Source: Eledone cirrhosa
Taxonomy: Eukaryota
NCBI GenBank assembly: GCA_964016885.1
Contig: OZ024742.1
Coordinates: 8,556,001 to 8,620,000, forward strand
Length of the DNA stretch: 64,000 nt
Direction: 5' to 3'
The translations under genes were made by a program, and so were the position numbers. Positions 1-15,000 of the stretch are shown here, in pieces (the stretch's first letter is position 1; every line of letters begins with the position of its first letter). The notes beneath the pieces were generated by a model, which saw only the letters and a program-made list of their open reading frames with translations, did no database searches and was not told the DNA's origin.

Positions 1-3000
1 TTCTAGTATACTTCTTCAATGTAAACCTACAGACTCTGCACTGCTAGACTGCCCTATCTCAGTACATATCTTCTAGTATACTTCCTCAGTGTAAACCTAC
101 AGACTCTGCTCTGCTAGACTGCCCTACCTCAGTACATATTTTCTAGTATACTTCTTCAGTGTAAATCTACAGACTCTGCTCTGCTAGACTGCCCTATCTC
201 AGTACATATCTTCTAGTATACTTCTTCAGTGTAAACCTACAGACTCTGCACTGCTAGACTGCCCTATCTCAGTACATATCTTCTAGTATACTTCCTCAGT
301 GTAAACCTACAGACTCTGCACTGCTAGACTGCCCTATCTCAGTACATATCTTCTAGTATACTTCTTCAGTGTAAACCATCAGACTCTGCACTGCTAGACT
401 GCCCTATCTCAGTACATATTTCTAGTAAACTTCTTCAGTGTAAACCTACAGACTCTGCTCTGCTAGACTGCCCTATCTCAGTACATATCTTCTAATATAC
501 TTCTTCAGTGTAAAGCTACAGGCTCTGCACTGCTAGACTGCCCTATCTCAGTACATATCTTCTAGTATACTTCTTCAGTGTAAACCTACAGACTCTGCAC
601 TGCTAGAATGCCCTATCTCAGTACATATCTTCTCGTATACTTCTTCAGTGTAAACCTACAGATTCTGCACTGCTAGACTGCCCTATCTCAGTACATATCT
701 TCTAGTATAATTCTTCAGTATAAACCTACAGACTCTGCACTGCTAGACTGCCCTATCTCAGTACATATCTTCTAGTATACTTCTTCAGTGTAAATCTACA
801 GACTCTACTCTGCTACACTGCCCTATCTCAGTACATATTTTCTAGTATACTTCCTCAGTGTAAACCTACAGACTCTGCTCTGCTAGACTGCCCTATCTCA
901 GTACATATCTTCTAGTATACTTCTTCAGTGTAAACCTACAGACTCTGCTCTGCTAGACTGCCCTATCTCAGTACATATCTTCTAGTATACTTCTTCAGTG
1001 TAAACCTACAGACTCTGCTCTGCTAGACTGCCCTATCTCTGTACATATCTTCTAGTATACTTCTTCAATGTAAACCTACAGACTCTGCACTGCTAGACTG
1101 CCCTATCTCAGTACATATCTTCTAGTATACTTCCTCAGTGTAAACCTACAGACTCTGCTCTGCTAGACTGCCCTATCTCAGTACATATCTTCTAGTATAC
1201 TTCCTCAGTGTAAACCTACAGACTCTGCACTGCTAGACTGCCCTATCTCAGTACATATCTTCTAGTATACTTCCTCAGTGTAAACCTACAGACTCTGCTC
1301 TGCTAGACTGCCCTATCTCAGTACATATCTTCTAGTATACTACTTCAGTGTAAACCTACAGACTCTGCTCTGCTAGACTGCCCTATCTCAGTACATATCT
1401 TCTAGTATACTTCCTCAGTGTAAACCTACAGACTCTGCTCAGCTAGACTGCCCTATCTCAGTACATATTTTCTAGTATACTTCTTCAGTGTAAACTACAG
1501 ACTCTGCTCTGCTAGACTGCCCTATCTCAGTACATATCTTCTAGTATACTTCTTCAGTGTAAACCTACAGACTCTGCTCTGCTAGACTGCCCTATCTCAG
1601 TACATATCTTCTAGTATACTTCTTCAGTGTAAACCTACAGACTCTGCACTGCTAGACTGCCCTATCTCAGTACATATCTTCTAGTATACTTCTTCAGTGT
1701 AAACCATCAGACTCTGCACTGCTAGACTGCCCTATCTCAGTACATATCTTCTAGTATACTTCTTCAGTGTAAACCTACAGACTCTGCCCTGCTAGACTGC
1801 CCTATCTCAGTACATATCTTCTAATATACTTCTTCAGTGTAAAGCTACAGGCTCTGCACTGCTAGACTGCCCTATCTCAGTACATATCTTCTAGTATACT
1901 TCTTCAGTGTAAACCTACAGACTCTGCACTGCTAGAATGCCCTATCTCAGTACATATCTTCTAGTATACTTCTTCAGTGTAAACCTACAGATTCTGCACA
2001 GCTAGACTGCCCTATCTCAGTACATATCTTCTAGTATAATTCTTCAATGTAAATCTACAGACTCTGCTCTGCTAGACTGCCCTATCTCAGTACATATCTT
2101 CTAGTATAATTCTTCAGTGTAAACCTACAGACTCTGCACTGCTAGACTGCCCTATCTCAGTACATATCTTCTAGTATACTTCTTCAGTGTAAATCTACAG
2201 ACTCTACTCTGCTACACTGCCCTATCTCAGTACATATTTTCTAGTATACTTCCTCAGTCTAAACCTACAGACTCTGCTCTGCTAGACTGCCCTATCTCAG
2301 TACATATCTTCTAGTATACTTCTTCAGTGTAAACCTACAGACTCTGCTCTGCTAGACTGCCCTATCTCAGTACATATCTTCTAGTATACTTCTTCAGTGT
2401 AAACCTACAGACTCTGCTCTGCTAGACTGCCCTATCTCTGTACATATCTTCTAGTATACTTCTTCAATGTAAACCTACAGACTCTGCACTGCTAGACTGC
2501 CCTATCTCAGTACATATCTTCTAGTATACTTCCTCAGTGTAAACCTACAGACTCTGCTCTGCTAGACTGCCCTATCTCAGTACATATCTTCTAGTATACT
2601 TCCTCAGTGTAAACCTACAGACTCTGCTCTGCTAGACTGCCCTATCTCAGTACATATCTTCTAGTATACTTCCTCAGTGTAAACCTACAGACTCTGCTCT
2701 GCTAGACTGCCCTATCTCAGTACATATCTTCTAGTATACTTCTTCAGTGTAAACCTACAGACTCTGCTCTGCTAGACTGCCCTATCTCAGTACATATCTT
2801 CTAGTATACTTCTTAAGTGTAAACCTACAGACTCTGCTCTGCTAGACTGCCCTATCTCAGTACATATCTTCTAGTATACTTCTTCAATGTAAACCTACAG
2901 ACTCTGCACTGCTAGACTGCCCTATCTCAGTACATATCTTCTAGTATACTTCCTCAGTGTAAACCTACAGACTCTGCTCAGCTAGACTGCCCTATCTCAG

Positions 3001-6000
3001 TACATATTTTCTAGTATACTTCTTCAGTGTAAACTACAGACTCTGCTCTGCTAGACTGCCCTATCTCAGTACATATCTTCTAGTATACTTCTTCAGTGTA
3101 AACCTACAGACTCTGCTCTGCTAGACTGCCCTATCTCAGTACATATCTTCTAGTATACTTCTTCAGTGTAAACCTACAGACTCTGCACTGCTAGACTGCC
3201 CTATCTCAGTACATATCTTCTAGTATACTTCTTCAGTGTAAACCATCAGACTCTGCACTGCTAGACTGCCCTATCTCAGTACATATCTTCTAGTATACTT
3301 CTTCAGTGTAAACCTACAGACTCTGCTCTGCTAGACTGCCCTATCTCAGTACATATCTTCTAATATACTTCTTCAGTGTAAAGCTACAGGCTCTGCACTG
3401 CTAGACTGCCCTATCTCAGTACATATCTTCTAGTATACTTCTTCAGTGTAAACCTACAGACTCTGCACTGCTAGAATGCCCTATCTCAGTACATATCTTC
3501 TAGTATACTTCTTCAGTGTAAACCTACAGATTCTGCACTGCTAGACTGCCCTATCTCAGTACATATCTTCTAGTATAATTCTTCAATGTAAATCTACAGA
3601 CTCTGCTCTCCTAGACTGCCCTATCTCAGTACATATCTTCTAGTATAATTCTTCAGTGTAAACCTACAGACTCTGCACTGCTAGACTGCCCTATCTCAGT
3701 ACATATCTTCTAGTATACTTCTTCAGTGTAAATCTACAGACTCTACTCTGCTACACTGCCCTATCTCAGTACATATTTTCTAGTATACTTCCTCAGTGTA
3801 AACCTACAGACTCTGCTCTGCTAGACTGCCCTATCTCAGTACATATCTTCTAGTATACTTCTTCAGTGTAAACCTACAGACTCTGCTCTGCTAGACTGCC
3901 CTATCTCAGTACATATCTTCTAGTATACTTCTTCAGTGTAAACCTACAGACTCTGCTCTGCTAGACTGCCCTATCTCTGTACATATCTTCTAGTATACTT
4001 CTTCAATGTAAACCTACAGACTCTGCACTGCTAGACTGCCCTATCTCAGTACATATCTTCTAGTATACTTCCTCAGTGTAAACCTACAGACTCTGCTCTG
4101 CTAGACTGCCCTATCTCAGTACATATCTTCTAGTATACTTCCTCAGTGTAAACCTACAGACTCTGCTCTGCTAGACTGCCCTATCTCAGTACATATCTTC
4201 TAGTATACTTCCTCAGTGTAAACCTACAGACTCTGCTCTGCTAGACTGCCCTATCTCACTACATATCTTCTAGTATACTTCTTCAGTGTAAACCTACAGA
4301 CTCTGCTCTGCTAGACTGCCCTATCTCAGTACATATCTTCTAGTATACTTCTTAAGTGTAAACCTACAGACTCTGCTCTGCTAGACTGCCCTATCTCAGT
4401 ACATATCTTCTAGTATACTTCTTCAATGTAAACCTACAGACTCTGCAATGCTAGACTGCCCTACCTCAGTACATATTTTCTAGTATACTTCTTCAGTGTA
4501 AACTACAGACTCTGCTCTGCTAGACTGCCCTATCTCAGTACATATCTTCTAGTATACTTCTTCAATGTAAACCTACAGACTCTGCACTGCTAGACTGCCC
4601 TATCTCAGTACATATCTTCTAGTATACTTCTTCAGTGTAAACCTACAGACTCTGCTCTGCTAGACTGCCCTATCTCAGTACATATCTTCTAGTATACTTC
4701 TTCAGTGTAAACCTACAGACTCTGCTCTGCTAGACTGCCCTATCTCAGTACATATCTTCTAGTATACTTCTTCAGTGTAAACCTACAGACTCTGCTCTGC
4801 TAGACTGCCCTATCTCAGTACATATCTTCTAGTATACTTCTTAAGTGTAAACCTACAGACTCTGCTCTGCTAGACTGCCCTATCTCAGTACATATCTTCT
4901 AGTATACTTCTTCAATGTAAACCTACAGACTCTGCACTGCTAGACTGCCCTATCTCAGTACATATCTTCTAGTATACTTCCTCAGTGTAAACCTACAGAC
5001 TCTGCTCAGCTAGACTGCCCTATCTCAGTACATATTTTCTAGTATACTTCTTCAGTGTAAACTACAGACTCTGCTCTGCTAGACTGCCCTATCTCAGTAC
5101 ATATCTTCTAGTATACTTCTTCAGTGTAAACCTACAGACTCTGCTCTGCTAGACTGCCCTATCTCAGTACATATCTTCTAGTATACTTCTTCAGTGTAAA
5201 CCTACAGACTCTGCTCTGCTAGACTGCCCTATCTCAGTACATATCTTCTAGTATACTTCTTCAGTGTAAACCTACAGACTCTGCTCTGCTAGACTGCCCT
5301 ATCTCAGTACATATCTTCTAGTATACTTCTTCAGTGTAAACCTACAGACTCTGCTCTGCTAGACTGCCCTATCTCAGTACATATCTTCTAGTATACTTCT
5401 TCAGTGTAAACCTACAGACTCTGCTCAGCTAGACTGCCCTATCTCAGTACATATTTTCTAGTATACTTCTTCAGTGTAAACTACAGACTCTGCTCTGCTA
5501 GACTGCCCTATCTCAGTACATATCTTCTAGTATACTTCTTCAGTGTAAACCTACAGACTCTGCTCTGCTAGACTGCCCTATCTCAGTACATATCTTCTAG
5601 TATACTTCTTCAGTGTAAACCTACAGACTCTGCTCTGCTAGACTGCCCTATCTCAGTACATATCTTCTAGTATACTTCTTCAGTGTAAACCTACAGACTC
5701 TGCTCTGCTAGACTGCCCTATCTCAGTACATATCTTCTAGTATACTTCTTCAGTGTAAACCTACAGACTCTGCTCTGCTAGACTGCCCTATCTCAGTACA
5801 TATCTTCTAGTATACTTCTTCAGTGTAAACCTACAGACTCTGCTCTGCTAGACTGCCCTATCTCAGTACATATCTTCTAGTATACTTCTTCAGTGTAAAC
5901 TACAGACTCTGCTCTGCTAGACTGCCCTATCTCAGTACATATCTTCTAGTATACTTCTTCAGTGTAAACCTACAGACTCTGCTCTGCTAAACTACCCTAT

Positions 6001-9000
6001 CTCAGTACATATCTTCTAGTATACTTCTTCAGTGTAAACCTACAGACTCTGCACTGCTAGACTGCCCTATCTCAGTACATATCTTCTAGTATACTTCTTC
6101 AGTGTAAACCATCAGACTCTGCACTGCTAGACTGCCCTATCTCAGTACATATCTTCTAGTATACTTCTTCAGTGTAAACCTACAGACTCTGCTCTGCTAG
6201 ACTGCCCTATCTCAGTACATATCTTCTAATATACTTCTTCAGTGTAAAGCTACAGGCTCTGCACTGCTAGACTGCCCTATCTCAGTACATATCTTCTAGT
6301 ATACTTCTTCAGTGTAAACCTACAGACTCTGCACTGCTAGAATGCCCTATCTCAGTACATATTTTCTAGTATACTTCTTCAGTGTAAACCTACAGATTCT
6401 GCACTGCTAGACTGCCCTATCTCAGTACATATCTTCTAGTATAATTCTTCAATGTAAATCTACAGACTCTGCTCTGCTAGACTGCCCTATCTCAGTACAT
6501 ATCTTCTAGTATAATTCTTCAGTGTAAACCTACAGACTCTGCACTGCTAGACTGCCCTATCTCAGTACATATCTTCTAGTATACTTCTTCAGTGTAAATC
6601 TACAGACTCTACTCTGCTACACTGCCCTATCTCAGTACATATTTTCTAGTATACTTCCTCAGTGTAAACCTACAGACTCTGCTCTGCATGACTGCCCTAT
6701 CTCAGTACATATCTTCTAGTATACTTCTTCAGTGTAAACCTACAGACTCTGCTCTGCTAGACTGCCCTATCTCAGTACATATCTTCTAGTATACTTCTTA
6801 AGTGTAAACCTACAGACTCTGCTCTGCTAGACTGCCCTATCTCAGTACATATCTTCTAGTATACTTCTTCAATGTAAACCTACAGACTCTGCACTGCTAG
6901 ACTGCCCTATCTCAGTACATATCTTCTAGTATACTTCCTCAGTGTAAACCTACAGACTCTGCTCTGCTAGACTGCCCTACCTCAGTACATATTTTCTAGT
7001 ATACTTCTTCAGTGTAAACTACAGACTCTGCTCTGCTAGACTGCCCTATCTCAGTACATATCTTCTAGTATACTTCTTCAATGTAAACCTACAGACTCTG
7101 CTCTGCTAGACTGCCCTATCTCAGTACATATCTTCTAGTATACTTCCTCAGTGTAAACCTACAGACTCTGCACTGCTAGACTGCCCTATCTCAGTACATA
7201 TCTTCTAGTATACTTCCTCAGTGTAAACCTACAGACTCTGCTCTGCTAGACTGCCCTATCTCAGTACATATCTTCTAGTATACTTCTTCAGTGTAAACCT
7301 ACAGACTCTGCTCTGCTAGACTGCCCTATCTCAGTACATATCTTCTAGTATACTTCTTCAGTGTAAACCTACAGACTCTGCACTGCTAGACTGCCCTATC
7401 TCAGTACATATCTTCTAGTATACTTCTTCAGTGTAAACCATCAGACTCTGCACTGCTAGACTGCCCTATCTCAATACATATCTTCTAGTATACTTCTTCA
7501 GTGTAAACCTACAGACTCTGCTCTGCTAGACTGCCCTATCTCAGTACATATCTTCTAATATACTTCTTCAGTGTAAAGCTACAGGCTCTGCACTGCTAGA
7601 CTGCCCTATCTCAGTACATATCTTCTAGTATAATTCTTCAATGTAAATCTACAGACTCTGCTCTGCTAGACTGCACTATCTCAGTACATATCTTCTAGTA
7701 TAATTCTTCAGTGTAAACCTACAGACTCTGCACTGCTAGACTGCCCTATCTCAGTACATATCTTCTAGTATACTTCTTCAGTGTAAATCTACAGACTCTA
7801 CTCTGCTACACTGCCCTATCTCAGTACATATTTTCTAGTATACTTCCTCAGTGTAAACCTACAGACTCTGCTCTGCTAGAATGCCCTATCTCAGTACATA
7901 TCTTCTAGTATACTTCTTCAGTGTAAACCTACAGACTCTGCTCTGCTAGACTGCCCTATCTCAGTACATATCTTCTAGTATACTTCTTCAGTGTAAACCT
8001 ACAGACTCTGCTCTGCTAGACTGCCCTATCTCTGTACATATCTTCTAGTATACTTCTTCAATGTAAACCTACAGACTCTGCACTGCTAGACTGCCCTATC
8101 GCAGTACATATCTTCTAGTATACTTCCTCAGTGTAAACCTACAGATTCTGCACTGCTAGACTGCCCTATCTCAGTACATATCTTCTAGTATACTTCCTCA
8201 GTGTAAACCTACAGACTCTGCTCAGCTAGACTGCCCTATCTCAGTACATATTTTCTAGTATACTTCTTCAGTGTAAACTACAGACTCTGCTCTGCTAGAC
8301 TGCCCTATCTCAGTACATATCTTCTAGTATACTTCTTCAGTGTAAACCTACAGACTCTGCTCTGCTAGACTGCCCTATCTCAGTACATATCTTCTAGTAT
8401 ACTTCTTCAGTGTAAACCTACAGACTCTGCACTGCTAGACTGCCCTATCTCAGTACATATCTTCTAGTATACTTCTTCAGTGTAAACCTACAGACTCTGT
8501 TCTGCTAGACTGCCCTATCTCAGTACATATCTTCTAATATACTTCTTCAGTGTAAAGCTACAGGCTCTGCACTGCTAGACTGCCCTATCTCAGTACATAT
8601 CTTCTAGTATACTTCTTCAGTGTAAACCTACAGACTCTGCACTGCTAGAATGCCCTATCTCAGTACATATCTTCTAGTATACTTCTTCAGTGTAAACCTA
8701 CAGATTCTGCACTGCTAGACTGCCCTATCTCAGTACATATCTTCTAGTATAATTCTTCAATGTAAATCTACAGACTCTGCTCTGCTAGACTGCCCTATCT
8801 CAGTACATATCTTCTAGTATAATTCTTCAGTGTAAACCTACAGACTCTGCACTGCTAGACTGCCCTATCTCAGTACATATCTTCTAGTATACTTCTTCAG
8901 TGTAAATCTACAGACTCTACTCTGCTACACTGCCCTATCTCAGTACATATTTTCTAGTATACTTCCTCAGTGTAAACCTACAGACTCTGCTCTGCTAGAC

Positions 9001-12000
9001 TGCCCTATCTCAGTACATATCTTCTAGTATACTTCTTCAGTGTAAACCTACAGACTCTGCTCTGCTAGACTGCCCTATCTCAGTACATATCTTCTAGTAT
9101 ACTTCTTCAGTGTAAACCTAAAGACTCTGCTCTGCTAGACTGCCTTATCTCAGTACATATCTTCTAGTATACTTCTTCAATGTAAACCTACAGACTCTGC
9201 ACTGCTAGACTGCCCTATCTCTGTACATATCTTCTAGTATACTTCTTCAATGTAAACCTACAGACTCTGCACTGCTAGACTGCCCTATCTCAGTACATAT
9301 CTTCTAGTATACTTCCTCAGTGTAAACCTACAGACTCTGCTCTGCTAGACTGCCCTATCTCAGTACATATCTTCTAGTATACTTCCTCAGTGTAAACCTA
9401 CAGACTCTGCTCTGCTAGACTGCCCTATCTCAGTACATATCTTCTAGTATACTTCCTCAGTGTAAACCTACAGACTCTGCTCTGCTAGACTGCCCTATCT
9501 CAGTACATATCTTCTAGTATACTTCCTCAGTGTAAACCTACAGACTCTGCACTGCTAGACTGCCCTATCTCAGTACATATCTTCTAGTATACTTCTTCAG
9601 TGTAAACCTACAGATTCTGCACTGCTAGACTGCCCTATCTCAGTACATATCTTCTAGTATACTTCTTCAGTGTAAACCTACAGACTCTGCTCTGCTAGAC
9701 TGCCCTATCTCAGTACATATCTTCTAGTATACTTCCTCAGAGTAAACCTACAGACTCTGCACTGCTAGACTGCCCTATCTCAGTACATATCTTCTAGTAT
9801 AATTCTTCAATGTAAATCTACAGACTCTGCTCTGCTAGACTGCCCTATCTCAGTACATATCTTCTAGTATAATTCTTCAGTGTAAACCTACAGACTCTGC
9901 ACTGCTAGACTGCCCTATCTCAGTACATATCTTCTAGTATACTTCTTCAGTGTAAATCTACAGACTCTACTCTGCTACACTGCCCTATCTCAGTACATAT
10001 TTTCTAGTATACTTCCTCAGTGTAAACCTACAGACTCTGCTCTGCTAGAATGCCCTATCTCAGTACATATCTTCTAGTATACTTCTTCAGTGTAAACCTA
10101 CAGACTCTGCTCTGCTAGACTGCCCTATCTCAGTACATATCTTCTAGTATACTTCTTCAGTGTAAACCTACAGACTCTGCTCTGCTAGACTGCCCTATCT
10201 ATGTACATATCTTCTAGTATACTTCTTCAATGTAAACCTACAGACTCTGCACTGCTAGACTGCCCTATCGCAGTACATATCTTCTAGTATACTTCCTCAG
10301 TGTAAACCTACAGACTCTGCTCTGCTAGACTGCCCTATCTCAGTACATATCTTCTAGTATACTTCCTCAGTGTAAACCTACAGACTCTGCACTGCTAGAC
10401 TGCCCTATCTCAGTACATATCTTCTAGTATACTTCTTCAGTGTAAACCTACAGACTCTGCAATGCTAGACTGCCCTATCTCAGTACATATCTTCTAGTAT
10501 ACTTTTTCAATGTAAACCTACAGACTCTGTCTGCTAGACTGCCCTATCTCAGTACATATCTTCTAGTATACTTCCTCAGTGTAAACCTACAGACTCTGCT
10601 CTGCTAGACTGCCCTATCTCAGTACATATCTTCTAGTATACTTCTTCAGTGTAATCCTACAGACTCTGCTCTGCTAGACTGCCCTATCTCAGTACATATC
10701 TTCTAGTATACTTCTTCAGTGTAAACCTACAGACTCTGCTCTGCTAGACTGCCCTATCTCAGTACATATCTTCTAGTATACTTCCTCAGTGTAAACCTAC
10801 AGACTCTGCTCTGCTAGACTGCCCTACCTCAGTACATATTTTCTAGTATACTTCTTCAGTGTAAACTACAGACTCTGCTCTGCTAGACTGCCCTATCTCA
10901 GTACATATCTTCTAGTATACTTCTTCAATGTAAACCTACAGACTCTGCACTGCTAGACTGCCCTATCTCAGTACATATCTTCTAGTATACTTCCTCAGTG
11001 TAAACCTACAGACTCTGCTCTGCTAGACTGCCCTATCTCAGTACATATCTTCTAGTATACTTCTTCAGTGTAAACCTACAGACTCTGCTCTGCTAGACTG
11101 CCCTATCTCAGTACATATCTTCTAGTATACTTCTTCAGTGTAAACCTACAGACTCTGCACTGCTAGACTGCCCTATCTCAGTACATATCTTCTAGTATAC
11201 TTCTTCAGTGTAAACCATCAGACTCTGCACTGCTAGACTGCCCTATCTCAGTACATATCTTCTAGTATACTTCTTCAGTGTAAACCTACAGACTCTGCTC
11301 TGCTAGACTGCCCTATCTCAGTACATATCTTCTAATATACTTCTTCAGTGTAAAGCTACAGGCTCTGCACTGCTAGACTGCCCTATCTCAGTACATATCT
11401 TCTAGTATACTTCTTCAGTGTAAACCTACAGACTCTGCTCTGCTAGACTGCCCTATCTCAGTACATATCTTCTAATATACTTCTTCAGTGTAAAGCTACA
11501 GGCTCTGCACTGCTAGACTGCCCTATCTCAGTACATATTTTCTAGTATACTTCTTCAGTGTAAACCTACAGACTCTGCACTGCTAGACTGCCCTATCTCA
11601 GTACATATCTTCTAGTATACTTCTTCAGTGTAAACCTACAGATTCTGCACTGCTAGACTGCCCTATCTCAGTACATATCTTCTAGTATAATTCTTCAATG
11701 TAAATCTACAGACTCTGCTCTGCTAGACTGCCCTATCTCAGTACATATCTTCTAGTATAATTCTTCAGTGTAAACCTACAGACTCTGCACTGCTAGACTG
11801 CCCTATCTCAGTACATATCTTCTAGTATACTTCTTCAGTGTAAATCTACAGACTCTACTCTGCTACACTGCCCTATCTCAGTACATATCTTCTAGTATAA
11901 TTCTTCAATGTAAACCTACAGACTCTGCTCTGCTAGACTACACTATCTCAGTACATATCTTCTAGTATACTTCTTCAATGTAAACCTACAGACTCTGCAC

Positions 12001-15000
12001 TGCTAGACTGCCCTATCGCAGTACATATCTTCTAGTATACTTCCTCAGTGTAAACCTACAGACTCTGCTCTGCTAGACTGCCCTATCTCAGTACATATCT
12101 TCTAGTATACTTCCTCAGTGTAAACCTACAGACTCTGCACTGCTAGACTGCCCTATCTCAGTACATATCTTCTAGTATACTTCTTCAGTGTAAACCTACA
12201 GACTCTGCAATGCTAGACTGCCCTATCTCAGTACATATCTTCTAGTATACTTTTTCAATGTAAACCTACAGACTCTGTCTGCTAGACTGCCCTATCTCAG
12301 TACATATCTTCTAGTATACTTCCTCAGTGTAAACCTACAGACTCTGCTCTGCTAGACTGCCCTATCTCAGTACATATCTTCTAGTATACTTCTTCAGTGT
12401 AAACCTACAGACTCTGCTCTGCTAGACTGTCCTATCTCAGTACATATCTTCTAGTATACTTCTTCAATGTAAACCTACAGACTCTGCACTGCTAGACTGC
12501 CCTATCTCAGTACATATCTTCTAGTATACTTCCTCAGTGTAAACCTACAGACTCTGCTCTGCTAGACTGCCCTATCTCAGTACATATCTTCTAGTATACT
12601 TCCTTAGTGTAAACCTACAGACTCTGCTCTGCTAGACTGCCCTATCTCAGTACATATCTTCTAGTATACTTCCTCAGTGTAAACCTACAGACTCTGCTCT
12701 GCTAGACTGCCCTATCTCAGTACATATCTTCTAGTATACTTCTTCAGTGTAAACCTACAGACTCTGCTCTGCTAGACTGCCCTATCTCAGTACATATCTT
12801 GTAGTATACTTCTTAAGTGTAAACCTACAGACTCTGCTCTGCTAGACTGCCCTATCTCAGTACATATCTTCTAGTATACTTCCTCAGTGTAAACCTACAG
12901 ACTCTGCTCTGCTAGAATGCCCTATCTCAGTACATATCTTCTAGTATACTTCTTCAGTGTAAACCTACAGACTCTGCTCTGCTAGACTGCCCTATCTCAG
13001 TACATATCTTCTAGTATACTTCTTCAGTGTAAACCTACAGACTCTGCTCTGCTAGACTGCCCTATCTCAGTACATATCTTCTAGTATACTTCTTCAGTGT
13101 AAACCTACAGACTCTGCTCTGCTAGACTGCCCTATCTCTGTACATATCTTCTAGTATACTTCTTCAATGTAAACCTACAGACTCTGCACTGCTAGACTGC
13201 CCTATCTCAGTACATATCTTCTAGTATACTTCTTCAGTGTAATCCTACAGACTCTGCTCTGCTAGACTGCCCTATCTCAGTACATATCTTCTAGTATACT
13301 TCTTCAGTGTAAACCTACAGACTCTGCTCTGCTAGACTGTCCTATCTCAGTACATATCTTCTAGTATACTTCTTAAGTGTAAACCTACAGACTCTGCTCT
13401 GCTAGACTGTCCTATCTCAGTACATATCTTCTAGTATACTTCTTCAATGTAAACCTACAGACTCTGCACTGCTAGACTGCCCTATCTCAGTACATATCTT
13501 CTAGTATACTTCCTCAGTGTAAACCTACAGACTCTGCTCTGCTAGACTGCCCTATCTCAGTACATATCTTCTAGTATACTTCCTTAGTGTAAACCTACAG
13601 ACTCTGCTCTGCTAGACTGCCCTATCTCAGTACATATCTTCTAGTATACTTCCTCAGTGTAAACCTACAGACTCTGCTCTGCTAGACTGCCCTATCTCAG
13701 TACATATCTTCTAGTATACTTCTTCAGTGTAAACCTACAGACTCTGCTCTGCTAGACTGCCCTATCTCAGTACATATCTTGTAGTATACTTCTTAAGTGT
13801 AAACCTACAGACTCTGCTCTGCTAGACTGCCCTATCTCAGTACATATCTTCTAGTATACTTCTTCAATGTAAACCTACAGACTCTGCACTGCTAGACTGC
13901 CCTATCTCAGTACATATCTTCTAGTATACTTCCTCAGTGTAAACCTACAGACTCTGCTCTGCTAGACTGCCCTATCTCAGTACATATTTTCTAGTATACT
14001 TCTTCAGTGTAAACTACAGACTCTGCTCTGCTAGACTGCCCTATCTCAGTACATATCTTCTAGTATACTTCTTCAATGTAAACCTACAGACTCTGCACTG
14101 CTAGACTGCCCTATCTCAGTACATATCTTCTAGTATACTTCCTCAGTGTAAACCTACAGACTCTGCTCTGCTAGACTGCCCTATCTCAGTACATATCTTC
14201 TAGTATACTTCCTCAGTGTAAACCTACAGACTCTGCTCTGCTAGACTGCCCTACCTCAGTACATATTTTCTAGTATACTTCTTCAGTGTAAACTACAGAC
14301 TCTGCTCTGCTAGACTGCCCTACCTCAGTACATATTTTCTAGTATACTTCTTCAATGTAAACCTACAGACTCTGCACTGCTAGACTGCCCTATCTCAGTA
14401 CATATCTTCTAGTATACTTCCTCAGTGTAAACCTACAGACTCTGCTCTGCTAGACTGCCCTATCTCAGTACATATCTTCTAGTATACTTCTTCAGTGTAA
14501 ACCTACAGACTCTGCTCTGCTAGACTGCCCTATCTCAGTACATATCTTCTAGTATACTTCTTCAGTGTAAACCTACAGACTCTGCACTGCTAGACTGCCC
14601 TATCTCAGTACATATCTTCTAGTATACTTCTTCAGTGTAAACCATCAGACTCTGCACTGCTAGACTGCCCTATCTCAGTACATATCTTCTAGTATACTTC
14701 TTCAGTGTAAACCTACAGACTCTGCTCTGCTAGACTGCCCTATCTCAGTACATATCTTCTAATATACTTCTTCAGTGTAAAGCTACAGGCTCTGCACTGC
14801 TAGACTGCCCTATCTCAGTACATATCTTCTAGTATACTTCTTCAGTGTAAACCTACAGACTCTGCACTGCTAGACTGCCCTATCTCAGTACATATCTTCT
14901 AGTATACTTCCTCAGAGTAAACCTACAGACTCTGCTCTGCTAGACTGCCCTATCTCAGTACATATCTTCTAGTATACTTCTTCAGTGTAAACCTACAGAT